Source: Octopus sinensis
Lineage: Eukaryota
Assembly: GCF_006345805.1 (NCBI RefSeq)
Contig: NC_042998.1
Coordinates: 161,572,001 to 161,636,000 of the forward strand
Direction of reading: 5' to 3'
Length of the DNA stretch: 64,000 nucleotides
The notes beneath the pieces are model-generated. The model did not search any database, was not told where the DNA came from, and saw only the letters and a list, made by a program, of their open reading frames with translations. Positions 35,314 through 49,986 of the stretch are shown piece after piece (positions within the stretch are counted from its first letter, which is position 1; each line of letters opens with the position of its first letter). Made by a program: the position numbers and the translations under genes.

Positions 35314-35786
35314 ACTCTTAAAAAAGACCATTGTTGACAGTGACTTCGAAGTTTTGGCCAGCTAAGTTATCATCAGACAATGGCTTAGTTGGCTGAAATT
35401 TCGAAGTCAATCACAACACTCTTATTTAAGAATAATAAGTATATACATGTGTGTGTGCGTGTATGCACATATACACACACACACTTTTTTTAATTGAAAT
35501 TGAAAAGACTATATCAACTATTAATGACCTGTAGGAGCACCATATTTCATTATACAATGTTCTATAAGTCAAGTGACTTCATAAACAGTTACACATATCT
35601 GATACTTATATAAACATAGATGCAGATGTGGCTATGTAGCTGAATTGCAAAAATTGACACTGCTTACTAAAAACCATTGCACATATATATATTACATGGG
35701 AAAATGTGAGCAAGAGAAATGATATTCTTAAGATAAACCTTGAAAATTATAGGACAAGTTATTACACTTGGAAAAGTTCAGGACAA

Positions 35787-35964
35787 CTGCTAGATGTAGG
35801 AGAAAAGAGTGATAGAAAGTGGTGGTGAAAGAGTCAGCAGAAGTTCACCATTACCTTCTGCCGGAGCTGCATGAAACTTGGGTGTTTTGCTCATAAACAC
35901 ACACATTGCCCGCGATCCTTCGACCCCTAGTCCACTACTCTAAACACTAAGTCACGTGCCTCCA
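35787..35964 (-). mobile_element. tRNA-derived SINE family F, degraded
   Basis: ggagaaaagagtga.agaaagt..tggtgaaagagtcagcag...ccattaccttctgcc matches 55477-55781. Confidence 0.75.
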
Positions 35965-36865
35965 TGTTATAACTTGTTACTTCTATTAAAAATAAAAAAG
36001 TAACACAAAATATTTTTTGCACTTCAAAAAATTCATTTTTTTAATTAGTAATTAGAAAATTGAAAATAGGTTATAAAAAATAATAGTACTATATAATTAG
36101 TTAACACAATAAATACAATACTACAAAAATTAGTTATATATATTACAGTAAAATCTACCTATAACAACAAATTCATAGTAAAATTTGTTTGAGTTATTGC
36201 CTAAGTTATTGCCAAGTCTTCACATTTTTAGTTGTGACCCAATGCATAATTTTTACATATTGAATTTGCCTACCATGTATGCTGTTCTACTTTGCATAAA
36301 ACTTTAGCTATATTGGTACTTCTGGCACTCATTCTTAAAGTATTCTAGTGTGTCAATATTTTAACAAAATGATGGTACCTTTTTTAGTTATTATGTCACT
36401 TAGTAAATTAAAATCAAATAATTTTTAATATTCAAATTTTATCCTTAAATACAATATTTTAAGTAAAAAAATTTTTATTCTGTACTTTACCAGATGTAAT
36501 AATTTGTCCTGAATTTTTCCAAATGTAATAACTTGTCTGGTAATTTTCCATGTTTATAATCTTAAGAATATTATTTCTCTTGCTTACATTTTTCCATGTA
36601 ATCCATGTTTTTTCCAGGCTATGCTATTATGCTAATTAATAATGTCTCAAATGTGTCAATTAGTGGTGTCATTGGTAATTTTTTCCTGACATCAATGACA
36701 CCGGTGACAGATATTAAAAGTCCCCTTATAGAACTATATTCATAAAAAAGCACTCATAACTCAAACACTCATAACTTTTTTCTTTTAAAACTTCTTTGCA
36801 TGAGATTGATACCATAAAATTTCTCGAATTAAGCACTATCATTTAAGTTTAATTAAAATATAGAC

Positions 36866-37128
36866 TGTGACGCATATTTGCCATTTGAATATGGCTAACC
36901 CCTAAGGGTGGATGCTACTGTAGTTTGTAGCCCCAGGAAGATATCTCCTCCAGCTGGCTATAGACACACTATCTGTGCCCTATCAGTATTTGTGAAGGGA
37001 AGTCATCCTTCCCGTCTTCAACTTATGATACACACGGACTCTGGAGGAGATATCTTCCTGGGGATACAAACTACAGTAGCATCCACCCTTAGGGGTTAGC
37101 CATATTCAAATAGCAAATATGCATCACA
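36866..37128. mobile_element. MITE with 88-bp terminal inverted repeats (TGT...ACA ends)
   Basis: 36866-36953 versus 37041-37128: reverse complements with 3 mismatches; 87-bp spacer; no TSD found. Confidence 0.88.
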
Positions 37129-37626
37129 ATGTGTTACCGCTACTGTTTATAACTCGCTCTGAGATTTATCATTGTTAAAATATAGATTGTTTTTAAAATA
37201 AATAAGTTAATTATACTTAAATCCAATTTTCTGCCTTACTTATATTATTTTCAGGATATTTTACATTACATTTTTGATACAAATTTTTGTGGCATGGGAA
37301 CAAAGCTGTGAAATTCTTCATGCTTTCTTCTACCATTGAAGCTAAGATAAATATATTTTGCTTTTAGAATAAAAAAAATCATTTAGATATAAACTTGATT
37401 GGTGACATTATTTACTCTCCTATAACGTTCCTATAAATTTTGATGTAAACGTTTTTCTACTGGATCAAATCACAATTTTTTAATGCCAAAATGTAGCTAG
37501 GGACCAGTACTCTTCAAAAGCGTTAACAGCTTTCAATTTGGTTAAGAACTGAATTAATGACAATCTTTGAAAGGTGGTGCATGTAAGTAAATTGCAGCCT
37601 TAAGAATATTATTCAACTATGACTAT

Positions 37627-37686
<60 letters not shown>

Positions 37687-38457
37687 TTGTTTGTGTGTGT
37701 GTGTCTATCAATCTATCCTTTTATTGTGTACAAATACAAAGATTTTAATGTCTGTAAGTTTACAAAATTTAGATATGCTTTTTTGAACCATATGTAATTT
37801 ATCAATTAAATGAACTTCTAGAATTGTAGTTGTATATAGATAGAGATCACTTGGAAAGACAGAAGCAAGCTATTCTGTGTGTGTGTGTGTATTCATTTGT
37901 GGGTGTGTCTGTGTGTGCAGTCATGTATGCACACACAGATTTTCTTGAGCAAGGGTGGATATATCATTCATGAAACATTTCAGCAACTATAAACAGTTTT
38001 GAGTAACTGATGTACTTACTGCTACTGGTTCACTAATTAAGAGCAACCTGTTAACAGAAATAATGGTAAGGTTTAAGATACAAAGGCTGGAAATTTATTG
38101 CTATATTTTTGATTTGATAACATTATCTTAATATTTTAATTTTCTTTTTATATGTGCTACTTTTATTAGTGCCCAAAGTTTAGAGAAATAATCAAATATC
38201 CCAATTTCAATTAGGTTGTAAAATTCTATTAAGCTGTCAAAAAAACCAAAAAAACCTGAAAACAAATAATTATGTATATGTGTATATATGAGAGTCAGTG
38301 TCTGTGTACGTATTTATCTCTGTGTGTGTGTGTGTGTGTGTATACATATATCATTGTGTATACATGTGCACGTCTGTGTGTGTGTATATATACATATATA
38401 TACATACACACATATATATTTGTGTGTGTCTATATGTATATAAAAATACTTATGTGA

Positions 38458-38493
<36 letters not shown>

Positions 38494-40389
38494 CATGTGT
38501 ATATATGTATATATGCATGCACATATTTGTATATATACATATTACATAGATGCAAAAAATTACTTGTATTTCCATGCATATAGACACAGAGAGTGCACAC
38601 ACATAAACATGAGTTTATATAGCAGAAAGTATATTGTTTTTAATTAAATCAATGATTGAACACAATGGCATAGGTAACAAATTGTAAGAATATCAAAGAA
38701 TTACAGATAAATAAATGCAATAAATGCTTAAATAAAATAAATAGTATTAACATGAAACCAATAATTCTTGCTAATCATTATAAGTGCAAAGTTTCAGGCA
38801 AAGATGCATCAGGCAATTGATATGTGTAGATAAACTGTATTTACAATTATGTTCACACTGACTTATATATCATTGAATATATACTTATATGTATAGAGAT
38901 ATACATGCTGGTATGTCCTCATGTAAGTATATATGCAAAGTTTATATATATATATATATATAAAGAGGTGTTTATATTTTTGTTTATGCAAAGTTGCTGC
39001 AGGAACAACTGACAGAAGTGAAGCATAAAAGATATATTTCTTTAAAACTTTTAAATTGACGTATATAAAAAAAGATTTTGTTCTCATTAGTGTGCATGAA
39101 TAATATGTAACAGACTAATTGGTTGAAGGTTTCAGCTGCAAATGCCTCCTATTCTCAATTATCTCTGGCAAAAAATATACAAATCCTGAAAAGTTTCCTC
39201 CTGAATATTGCCCTCACTAATCAGCAACATATAACCATTGGTGTATAAAGGGTTTGTGTTTTCCTCTGCTTGCTTTGCCCTCAGTTGAAAAATCTGTTTG
39301 ATCATATTTCACTGCCATAGATTTGCATCATTACATTGTACAACCATCTGAATAGATTAAGGGGTATTAGAGTACTGTATATATGAACTGAAGATGAATT
39401 ATATGAACACTGGACTGAAAGACAAGTTGAGACATCATCAATATAACAATAAACAGTTTTTAGTGCTAATATTTTGAGCAACATTGATGTTCAATGATTA
39501 ATATAATCTTTTTTTGTCTTGGCGTTTGGAGTTGTTGTGTCTTAGTGAGAACATACTTTGCTTATTTAAAACTGAAACTTTAGCACTTTCAGATTTTAAA
39601 CTTAGTCATTAAACACATTAAAAATATGTTAGGTATTTATAACAAGGGAAGAGAAAATATAATAAAGTCAGTAGCAATTGCTAAGGATTTGTAAGATAAT
39701 CTAACTTACTGTGCAATCATACTAGAGTGAGGTAGATTGCTAGACATGCAACTGAAGGAAAAGCAAGACCTGTCACAAAAATATGAAAATCAAGCTTAAC
39801 TATTTAGCAAATTAACTTAGGCTGGTATTACTCCAAAAACTTTTCCAAATAATTATGTTCTGTGTCCTATACTTATAAAACAAGAATGTGTTTAAAAACC
39901 TCAACTATGACAGCAGGAATTTTCATGCATCACAATGAAATTGTATATACTGTTTTGCACAGTCAAGTTTGTCTACAATCCACTTTAGAATGCATTTAGC
40001 TTTACTATTAGGCACATTATGTAACGGTAAAAGAAGTTGGCATGGGATGTGAATTGTGATATCAAAGCAGATCAAACATTTGTTTCGATCTTGTGTCTTT
40101 TCCTAGTATGAGTCCTTTTCTGTCTAATGGTACAGTGTACACCAGTTCATGTTGCACTGTTAAGGGAGAAAGGCGATTTCTTTGTGCAGGTTGTTTCAGT
40201 AACAAACCTTTTCATTCACATTTTAATCAAAGTACTGTGGCTGAGATGTCATGGTTGTTCCTAGTCCAGGTTTTGCACACAAGCAACTGCTATAGAGCAG
40301 TCATAGGTTATTCATTAAGAATGAATTCATTATCACATACATACATAGATATAATAGATATATGCACATACATATACATATACACACAT

Positions 40390-40440
<51 letters not shown>

Positions 40441-42449
40441 AATAAAGCTTATTTCTTTCAGTAACATGTGTATTAGTTATTTGATCAATAGAACAGTCTA
40501 CACTTTAAATTAGTGTGTAAGTGGCTGTTTATTGCATAAAGACATCTGCTTGAAAGCTAATTCTTTGAGAGGATTACTATGATAGTGTCTGACAAGAATG
40601 GATCTTTGAATTGTAGATGCAATATATCTGATGGACTCAGTTTCCATCCAGCACATTTCACTTACAAGGTTTCTGGTCAAACCAAGTATGTGTGTGTGTG
40701 TGTGTGTGTGTGTCTAATGGTATGCTTGATGAAAAAAGCAGCTAGAAAGTGAAAAAGTAAACAAAACAATCAACCCATTGACAAGTGTTAGCACATCTGC
40801 TACTTGTCAAAAATCTGATGTTCAAATCTTTCCAACAACATCATTTTAATATTTTCACATCAGCATTGGAGAAACAAACATATAGTATTCATCTTCATTA
40901 TTTTAGAAGTTTTAATTATTCGTTAATAATTCACACACACACATACTAGCATGTTACCCATCATAAGATGGGTAACACCCTAAGTATGCTTTTGCTATTA
41001 CAGGTAATTTGATGACAGTTGAATTGTAGTTATTGTATGTATTCCTTATTTCCTGATAGTGTCCATGGCAGCAAAAATATAGCTGCAAGTGGTTGGAAAC
41101 ATAGAGATTTGTAGACATAGCTGACACATTTAGAGGACTGAAGATGACTTTGTGCCAGAATTACTGGCATTTTCTGCTGCTGATGCCAAAGTGAGTGGTA
41201 GAGAGAGTGGTTTCTACATATATGCTGACACCATCTTTGGAATACAGTGGTAGAAAAAGGTGACGTTTCAGAGATGAGAGATTTGTGTTTCATAAAAGAA
41301 AAAGATATGTGACTTGCATGTTAATAAGAAACATGGCATGCATATTAAAAGATATGGCTACAATTTAGTAAGTAAAAGGCGTGGTTTGTGAGTTGGCTCC
41401 AGGCTGGATGAAAAAAACCATGAATGCTGCTATATAATAAAGAAAACTGTATGATAAATTTTATTCAGTGATGACTAATTTGTATATATGAGAAGGGATT
41501 CTACTAGCATTGATTAATATCCTTTTATATCTGTTTTATAAAGTATTAATTTTCTATTCTGGATTTGTCTAGATTGTCTTATTAAGTGTGTGAATATGGT
41601 CCTGTTTGAATTTTGAGTTTTTAAAAGTCCTTAAGGTTTTTAATGTTTGATAATAGTAAGAGATGTGTTGCACTGGGTAACATCAGTTTGTATAAGTAAC
41701 TTTTAAAATCATTTTGTGAAGAAATATTATTTCTCCAAATATGATGTCTATATCACAAGAGTATTTATTTTTATAATACAAAAATATCCAGCTGTTGCAT
41801 GCTAAACACTTAAGGCTACATATTCTTTAATAAATATTTGTTTTTATTTCATAAAAGGAGGTGTGGTGATAGGTACTTCTAACTTTCAGAGACATTCTGA
41901 GACTATTGAGGTTGACAAATGATAATCAGCTTCAAAAGAGAAGACATGGAGAGGACCTGAAAGGGATGCAGTTTTAAGAAAGAAGAATAGTGTAAAATAG
42001 TTAGGGTAGTGAAGAGGGTTGAGAAAATAGGATGATGTGGGAAGAAAAAATCCATCACCACATCATTTGTACCAAGCTTAGCAGTTTTAAAATTACTTTT
42101 GAATCTTACACCTGAGTATTTTTCATGCGTCTTTCAAATCTTTAACCTGATTTTGGTGTGGGATGGTCCAAGTAATGAAAACTGAAAATTTAAATTGTTT
42201 TTTTCAAAATAAAGGCTAATACTCTGAGATTAAGAAGATAAATAATCTTTATCTTGACTAAACAATAGCAAAATAGTACATGAAAATCTGCATATGTAAG
42301 GATTCATGAGTAAATGTACTATACAGGATGGTGAGAATTATGAGTGGTTTTATTGGCAAAGTGATAATTCCACTAAGGCATCAACAAAAGATTGATGCAA
42401 TTGTCACTGAGAAATCTATATTTTGTAATTCACACTAACAATTGCTTTG

Positions 42450-42535
<86 letters not shown>

Positions 42536-44399
42536 GTATATATATATATATACATGTAGAAAACTGTAAACAAGCATTTTTTTAATTATTCTATGTAATA
42601 CTACAAAGTCATGTACACATACACATATTACCTACAAATATATTTCATTCCTGGATCATCTATTTGAAGTATAATCTACTGTTGCAAGGGTTCATTTGAC
42701 ATAAAAGCTTAAAGAGTGTATGGGTTTAACACATCTTATTTTTGAAATGATTCCATATTATTGAATACTTTGTTTTAATTCTGCCATTAGCAGTGGAACT
42801 GTGCTAGACTGTCAAACCCATGCTGGTAGAATATTTCCTGAAGAAAGCTTTTCCTGGCATCTGATCAAAGCTGTCATCTATGTTGCCTTTTAGCCGTCTT
42901 GAGAGTGAAGTGGATTTCCTAAATAACACATCTTCTCAGTGTATAATAGCCTAAATTAAACTATGCATTTTATCTAAATATAAAATCAGCTGCAAAATAG
43001 TAAAGAATGAAAGATAAAGAGCTGGGGAAGTAAGTCTAAGATTTGCTCCATTCAGTACCAGTATAAAGAGCTGAAGACAGGAATAAATTAATGCAAGTTT
43101 GATCTGAAAGAACAACATGGATAAAATGTCCTGAAATATCATATAATTGATTTTTATAATGTTGTTTCTCACTGTAATGACATTAGTCAATCAGTCTTTA
43201 TTGAATATCTGTTGAATATTTTAGCTCACCTGGCAGAAGAGTTTGCTATCATTTTTCAATCAAATAATGACAACAATCTCAAGTGGCAACCATGCTTTCC
43301 AATATTGTTAGAAGTCATTATATGAAATGTAATTTTGTAATTAACCTAATTTTATCTCTGCAAAAGATATTTGGTTAAGATAGATTTCGATTTTAGTATT
43401 TGATCAATTTTATAAATTATTGCATCTGAGTCTCTTAAAGAGTTGACAAAGAATGAATGCTGAAGTTCACACCCTATAGTTACTGTCAGATAAACTGACA
43501 GGGTAAGCAATATTTCTGAGGCTGTCTGTGATTAAATTTAGAGACATTCAAAGGAAAAAAAAATCTCTAATTATTGCAAAAAAAAAATCAATGTCTGAGA
43601 ATTTTAGGGAGGAGAAATAGTTTGTTTGAACATGTTTTAATTATAAACTGTTCAAGGTCTACCAAATTCAGTTTGCCTTTAATCCTGCTGGGTGGGAGGG
43701 ATAAAATAAATACTACTCAAATACTGAGGTAAAAATAATCAACAAAGCCCATTCTTCAAATTCAATGTCTTTTATATAATGCCTGTATAAAAAATAAGTG
43801 CAAAATATTTGAGACAGCTGAAAGAATAAAGGTTACATAAGAGGAGGCATTATATTTGATGATTAATCGGTGGGATAGCATTGTTTTCAGACACCTGTGC
43901 AGTAGCCAAATTAGTTGTTCCTTCCTTTAAATATAACATACCTATGAATGCAATAATCACATGCATGCAAAGTGACCATCCTGTGCAGTCTGTGCAGACT
44001 GCAGACACCACACTATGCCACAGTAATTAGCTTACTAACCTTTTTTATTCGTGTATTTTTACCTATGAAGTTTTCAGAAAAATGTACTATTACATATTAT
44101 TGGTGAAGATTCAATCTAAAATATGACAACTCATATATTTCATTATATTCTCCAATATTAATATAGTCTTTCCAAACAGATTTTCAGTGAAGATTGTCAC
44201 TTTCTTATAGGCATGTAGTATAATTATTTCCTTTGTATTTCATTCAGCAATGACAGTTACATTTTTTGTTACTAATATATTAATGTATTAATAAGTGTTA
44301 CTTACTACACAAACAGGAAATCATTGGTGCTATAACTCAATTCCAGTTGACACACACTTACACATACATGTGCACCCACATAGCTGTAAATACATATGC

Positions 44400-44752
44400 T
44401 TTACTCTTTTACTTGTTTCATTCATTTGACAGTGGCCATGCTGCAGCACCACCTTTTGTTGAAGAAATCGACCCCAGGACTTATTCTTTGTAAGCCTAGT
44501 ACTTTATTCTGTCAATCTCTTTTGCCAAACTGCTAAGTTACGGGGATGTAAACACATCAGCATCGATTGTCAAGCGATGTTGAGGGACAAACACAGACAC
44601 ACACACACACATACCACAAATCCACTCATAAGGTTTTGGTCGGCCTGAGGCTATAGTAGAAGACACTTGCCCAAGGTGCCACGCAATGGGACTGAACCCA
44701 GAACCATGTGGTTGGTAAGCAAGCTACTTACCATACAGCGACTCCTGCACCT
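44400..44752 (-). mobile_element. SINE family A, full length
   Basis: Tail ttactcttttacttgtttc, through to head gctacttaccatacagcgactcctgcacct. Confidence 0.9.
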
Positions 44753-44960
44753 ATATATATATATACATGCATAGGTACAGGACGTCACCAATGGTTCAAA
44801 CAACATGAAATACGTAAACAATATGTAACCAATGAGAAAAAAAATGGAGAACAGGACAAGTAAACGCAGAGAAAAGACTGTTCATCAGTTGTCAACTCTC
44901 TATCTACTCCTTATTTCGAGCATTCAGTGACAATATGAGTCTCCAAAGAAGTTGCTCCCA
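44753..44960 (-). mobile_element. Penelope-like-associated remnant, same family as 6352-6570
   Basis: Minus: ggagtagatag...gacaaCTGATGAa (core at 44882-44888)...ttgtcctg...gacgtcctgtacctatgcatgtatat. Confidence 0.5.
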
Positions 44961-45211
44961 TAAATTCTAAAATAAAATTTAGGATTTATGGAGGGTCAAA
45001 TTTGGAAACAAAACATGACAGTGGAGACATACAAGGAAACTGAATGAAGACAAACATGGAGAGTTGTTAGACCAGAATGAGAGGAAAATAGTGAATGCTG
45101 TGAGAAATATTTTTTTTTGAAAAGAGAAAACATAGAAGAGAGAAAAAATGTCTGCTCTTTTGAATGTCTGTGCAGGAAAAGGAAAATAGAAGATGGTTGA
45201 ACGTGAACAAT

Positions 45212-45274
45212 GAGAGAGAAAGAGAGAGAAAGAGGAGAGAGAGAGAGAGAGAGAGAGAAGAGAGAGAAAAAGAG

Positions 45275-45314
<40 letters not shown>
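45212..45314. repeat. (GA)n microsatellite
   Basis: Direct reading. Confidence 0.95.
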
Positions 45315-45317
<3 letters not shown>

Positions 45318-45903
45318 CGGTGAAGGAGCGAGGGGAGAAAAGGGAATTAGAGAAGGATAGAGGAAGAAAACAGTATAGAGAAGAGTCACATCAAAAAGGT
45401 GAAGATAAACTTACTTGGAAATGGATGCATTGCATTCAATTAAATAGCAAATAATTTGTAGAGAGGTGGGTAGGGAGAGATAGATGACTAACAGATTGTT
45501 TTGAGTTTGGTAATTGTAGAAATTTATAATAAGGAAGAACTCAATGTTACAAGCAAAGTAAGTTAGTTGGTGTTTATTGTCATCTTACAGCATGGACAGA
45601 TGCTACAACTATCATTTCTGAGAAGAGTCACAATAACACATGCATGCATGCATGTGAGCACACATGCACGCACACACACACACACACATACACAAACACA
45701 CACTGTTTGAAAGACTGCTAAGAATTATCTGAACATTATTCTTTAAATGTAATTGCAATCAATAACATTATCCTGTTGTTTATCCTTTTTAATTTCAGCA
45801 TATTGACTTGGCACAGGTTTGTTTCTCTTCCATCTTTATGCATGTTTATGTGCAAACATTTCTGAGTAGATATGTATACAAATGTGTGTGTGTATATACA
45901 TGC

Positions 45904-46012
45904 ATGTATGTATGTGTGTGTGTGTATGTATGTATGTATGTATGTATGTATGTATGTATGTATGTATGTATGTATGTATGTATGTATGTATGTATGTATG
46001 TATGTATGTATG
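45904..46012. repeat. (TATG)n/(TG)n microsatellite
   Basis: Direct reading. Confidence 0.95.
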
Positions 46013-46299
46013 CATGTATAGGTGTATTTGGTAATCTTAAAATCTAAAAGAAGTTATATCTTTTATCTTTTACTTGTTTCAGTCATTAGACTGGGGCACT
46101 GACTTGAAGAATTTCAATTGAATGAATTGACTCAGTACTAACTTTTTTTAAGCCTGGAACTGGATATATTGGTTACTTTTGGTAAACCACTAAGTTAGAA
46201 GAATGTAAGTATACCAACACCAATTGTCTAGTGGTGGTGGTGGGGCATATACTGATACAAAGATACATTCACATGCATACATACATACATTGAATATGT

Positions 46300-46630
46300 C
46301 TAAGACTATCATCAGTTACGAATGACCATAGGATCGCCTTTAGAAAGTTCCCATTTGAAGCACATATCCGGGCAAAGTTATTTCTAGAAAACTAGCAGTC
46401 ATCCATGCATATCAGTCTCCCCTCTCCATACCATACAACCAATGTTATCCAAGGGAAAGGCAAAGGTTGATACAACTTGGCACCAATGATGTCGCAACTC
46501 ATTTCTACAGCTGAGTGAACTAAACAAAGTGAAATAAAGAGTCTTGCTTAAGAATACAACACACAGGTTGGTCTGAGAATTGAATTCACAACCTCATAAT
46601 TGTAAGCCAGATGCTCAAACCACTGAGCTA
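46300..46630 (-). mobile_element. tRNA-derived SINE family G
   Basis: Minus: tagctcagtggtttgagcatctggcttacaattatgaggttgtgaattcaattctcagacc (A-box and degenerate B-box in a tRNA-like head). Confidence 0.6.
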
Positions 46631-46939
46631 GAGGCACACTTGTCCAAGGTGATGTGCGGTGGGATTGAACTTACAGCATGTGGTTGGGAAGCAAACTTCT
46701 TAACACGCAGCCACGCCAGCATCTAAAAGAAATTAGTATCACAAACAGAGAATAAATAAAAGGAAAATTTCTAAGATTCTGACATTTAGTTATCCAACTT
46801 ATACCACCTAGCATTTTCAACAAAATTCAAGTCATGGTTGCATATCATATATTTACTGTTTAATGTAGTTCAGTTTCCTAAGTGTGCATGTTGAGAGAAA
46901 AAACACCATTCTTTGAGTACTTACTTCACTAATTCTCCT

Positions 46940-46953
46940 ATTTCCCAATATAT

Positions 46954-47002
<49 letters not shown>

Positions 47003-47199
47003 ATATATACATACATACACACACACACACATTCATGCATATATGTAAATATATCTATGTATGTGTGTGTTTGTATGTAATTATATATATATACATATAT
47101 ACATATATATGTCTGTCTCCTGTCCGGTTGTACACTCAATGTATGTTATGTCATTTGTTTATTTACATTTTTCATTTATTATTTATATATATGCATATG

Positions 47200-47231
<32 letters not shown>

Positions 47232-47270
47232 CATGTATATGTTTATATATATATATAATATATATGTATA

Positions 47271-47307
<37 letters not shown>

Positions 47308-47545
47308 TACAATGTATATGTCTATATATGTGTGTGTGTATATATGTAAGTATATATATGTATATATATATGTGTGTGTGTGTGAATAAGTATATCTATG
47401 TATATATAAGTATATATACATATGTATATATATGTATGTATGTGTATAAGTATATATATATGTATATATATGTGTGTGTGTGTTTTTATATATGTGTGTG
47501 TATGTATAAATATATATACATACAAATAAATATACATTTATATAT
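46940..47545. repeat. Long compound (TA)n/(TG)n/(TATG)n low-complexity tract
   Basis: Direct reading; source of the Y/I/C/V-rich pseudo-ORFs. Confidence 0.9.
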
Positions 47546-48808
47546 GATTGTATATATTTTACATTCTCCTTCCCTCATCTTCCATTATCCTTGATTTTAT
47601 TTTCATAATGAGAAAATATGCTTATTAACTCTAATGGGAATCAAATGAAGAGATGATAAACATACTTATAGATTTAGATGCAACAAGACATCTTCCTTTG
47701 CATAAAGTTGCTTATTATAAAAGTTTGCTCTGATGTATGTATTCCTGTTTGTATTTATTTATATGATTTTCTTTCTCTCTCTTATTTTATTTATTTTGAT
47801 AATTCCAAAGGGAACACATTTAAATACTACCCTCTGAATTCATTCAGGTTTAAAAAGATTTTTATCTTTTCAAAAATTTTCTTTCATATTTTTTTTTTTT
47901 AAATTTTCCTTTTTTATCACGATCATAATCATAATGATCATCAGTGGTAGCATCATCATCATCATTGACATTTAAACTCTATTACTCAGCATCACTGACA
48001 TCATTATCATTCCTTCTTTCTTACTTGTAGTAATGGCAGTGGCAGCCATTTTTAAAAAGTAAATCTTTTTTCATTTTATTTTATTTTTTTTTTGTTAAAG
48101 AAGAAAATATCAAAGAGCATCAAGTTGACTTTCTTTTGCAGCTATCACATTGCTACGGTGCTTTTGAGAATACAATTATATCTCTAGCTTTTCAAGTTTA
48201 AAAATCAGTTCTCTTTAAATAGACCTCATCATGAATTATTCACTTGACAAAAATCTAGATAAAAAAATGATGATCTCAGGAACTTTGAGGCGACAGCTAT
48301 TTTCTCATTTTATTAATGTTTACCTTTTTACTAAAATTGTCAGACGGTTTTTTAGCAATGTTTTAAAAAGAAGTTTCCCTGCATAAGAGAAAGACAACTG
48401 CAATAATTTAGCTATTCAATGAGAAAAGCTGACAGGAGTAGAAATTTGACATGACATGAGTAAAAAAAATTGCCTTGGTAATAGATGACAGATAGGGTAA
48501 ATATAAATTAAAGACAATTTAAAGTAATCTAGTTGGATCTTATTTAAAAGAAGTTGAGTTAATAGGGACCACGGTAAAAAAACTACATTATGAATTGAAC
48601 AAAACCATACCCTTACACACAAAATAGCAATAAAAGTATCAATAGTATAAATATATTCAAGTAACAGTCTTTTCTTGGTTACCCTGTGTAACACAATTTT
48701 TATCCTCGGGTAGCAACTGTTATTTCCTATTTGCTTACCTCTGGAAAATGTGAAAAATAGCTAATATTTCCTTCAAACTTTGCTTTTGCCACATTTATTC
48801 AAACTTCT

Positions 48809-48952
48809 AAGAATCCCTCTCAACACATGGTTATGATACTACTCTTGTTTGTGATCAGAGATGCACATATTGTCAGCCACTAAGGGACATGCTCAACTGG
48901 TTAAGATAAAGCAACTGACAAGTAAATCTGTGGTACTGAGAAGAATATTTGT
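48809..48952. mobile_element. Diverged fragment of the 620-bp trimer unit family, opposite orientation
   Basis: atccctctcaacacatgg...gtgatcagagatgcacatat.gtcagccactaagggacatgctcaactggttaag is the reverse complement of about 2270-2420. Confidence 0.9.
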
Positions 48953-49986
48953 TATGATATTTCTGCTTCAGCAACTCAGCATTGAATCTGTCTGAAATAT
49001 AATGGAAATAGGTCATTGACGAGAAGCATAGCTAAATGTTTGTGGGTATGAGTCAATCACAATTCTATGAACGGCCCCTTAAAAAATATTTTCTCTTTCA
49101 ATTGCTTTCTTGTCTTTGCCTTTACCCTGTTCAGTAGGGTGCACCCATCATGCATATAGATGTGATAGAGATATTGCTCCAGTTGATGCATCACTTTGTT
49201 AGGTCTACCATCCTTAGGTGGGATCCATACACTCCATTTTGGGTTCGTGTTAAGAGCTGGAATTTAAACCCAGGTTGCAAAGAGCTGGAACAAATACTGC
49301 AAGGTTTTTCCTCTGATGCTCTAAGATTCCATGCATCTACTATCCTGAATGGGCACTTCATTTATCGACCCCAAAAGGATGGCAGGCAAAGTTGATTGTG
49401 ACAGGATTTGAACATATAGAATAGGGAACTGAAAACATATACCACAGGCCACCCTATATAACGTTCTAATGACACTACTGATTGACAACCTTATTTCCTA
49501 TATCAAAATGAAAATTTGAAACATTTACAATAAGAAAATAAATGCCTTGTCTTGGTTCCTCAAAGCACAGGGTTACTGTTATGACATATGGTGGTGCAAC
49601 ATGTGAAGTTTTGAATCTAGAGGAGCCTATCATCCTCTATGGCTGACCATAGCCAATTTCTTCCTGAAAGAGAGATGGACAGACAGAAAGAAAGATCAGA
49701 ACAGGCTTTAGAACAAAACTAGATAAAAGGTAAAGTTGGTGGCATTAGAAACCAGAGTGCAAAGAGTTGAAATGAATACCAGAAGGCAAACAATCTGATA
49801 TTCTAAAATCTTGGATAATTTGCCAACTAAGGAGTAAAATTGAGCATGGTTAGAATATTGCATTTAGGTAGGTCATTAGAAGAGATTTCTTTAACAATCT
49901 TACTGTTTCTATATTTATGGTACAACAGTCATCTACCTTTGACTACTTTAGATTGTTTAGACAGAATTGATGTAAAGCAGGACATT

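Noticed and set aside
38780-38800. gcaaagtttcagg resembling miR-87
   Set aside because: The seed does not match and there is no surrounding precursor hairpin; likely chance.
41152-41196. Possible 57-nt in-frame exon RTEDDFVPELLAFSAADAK (about 41134-41190) ending at gtgagt
   Set aside because: Good donor but no polypyrimidine tract at the in-frame acceptor; peptide not recognised.
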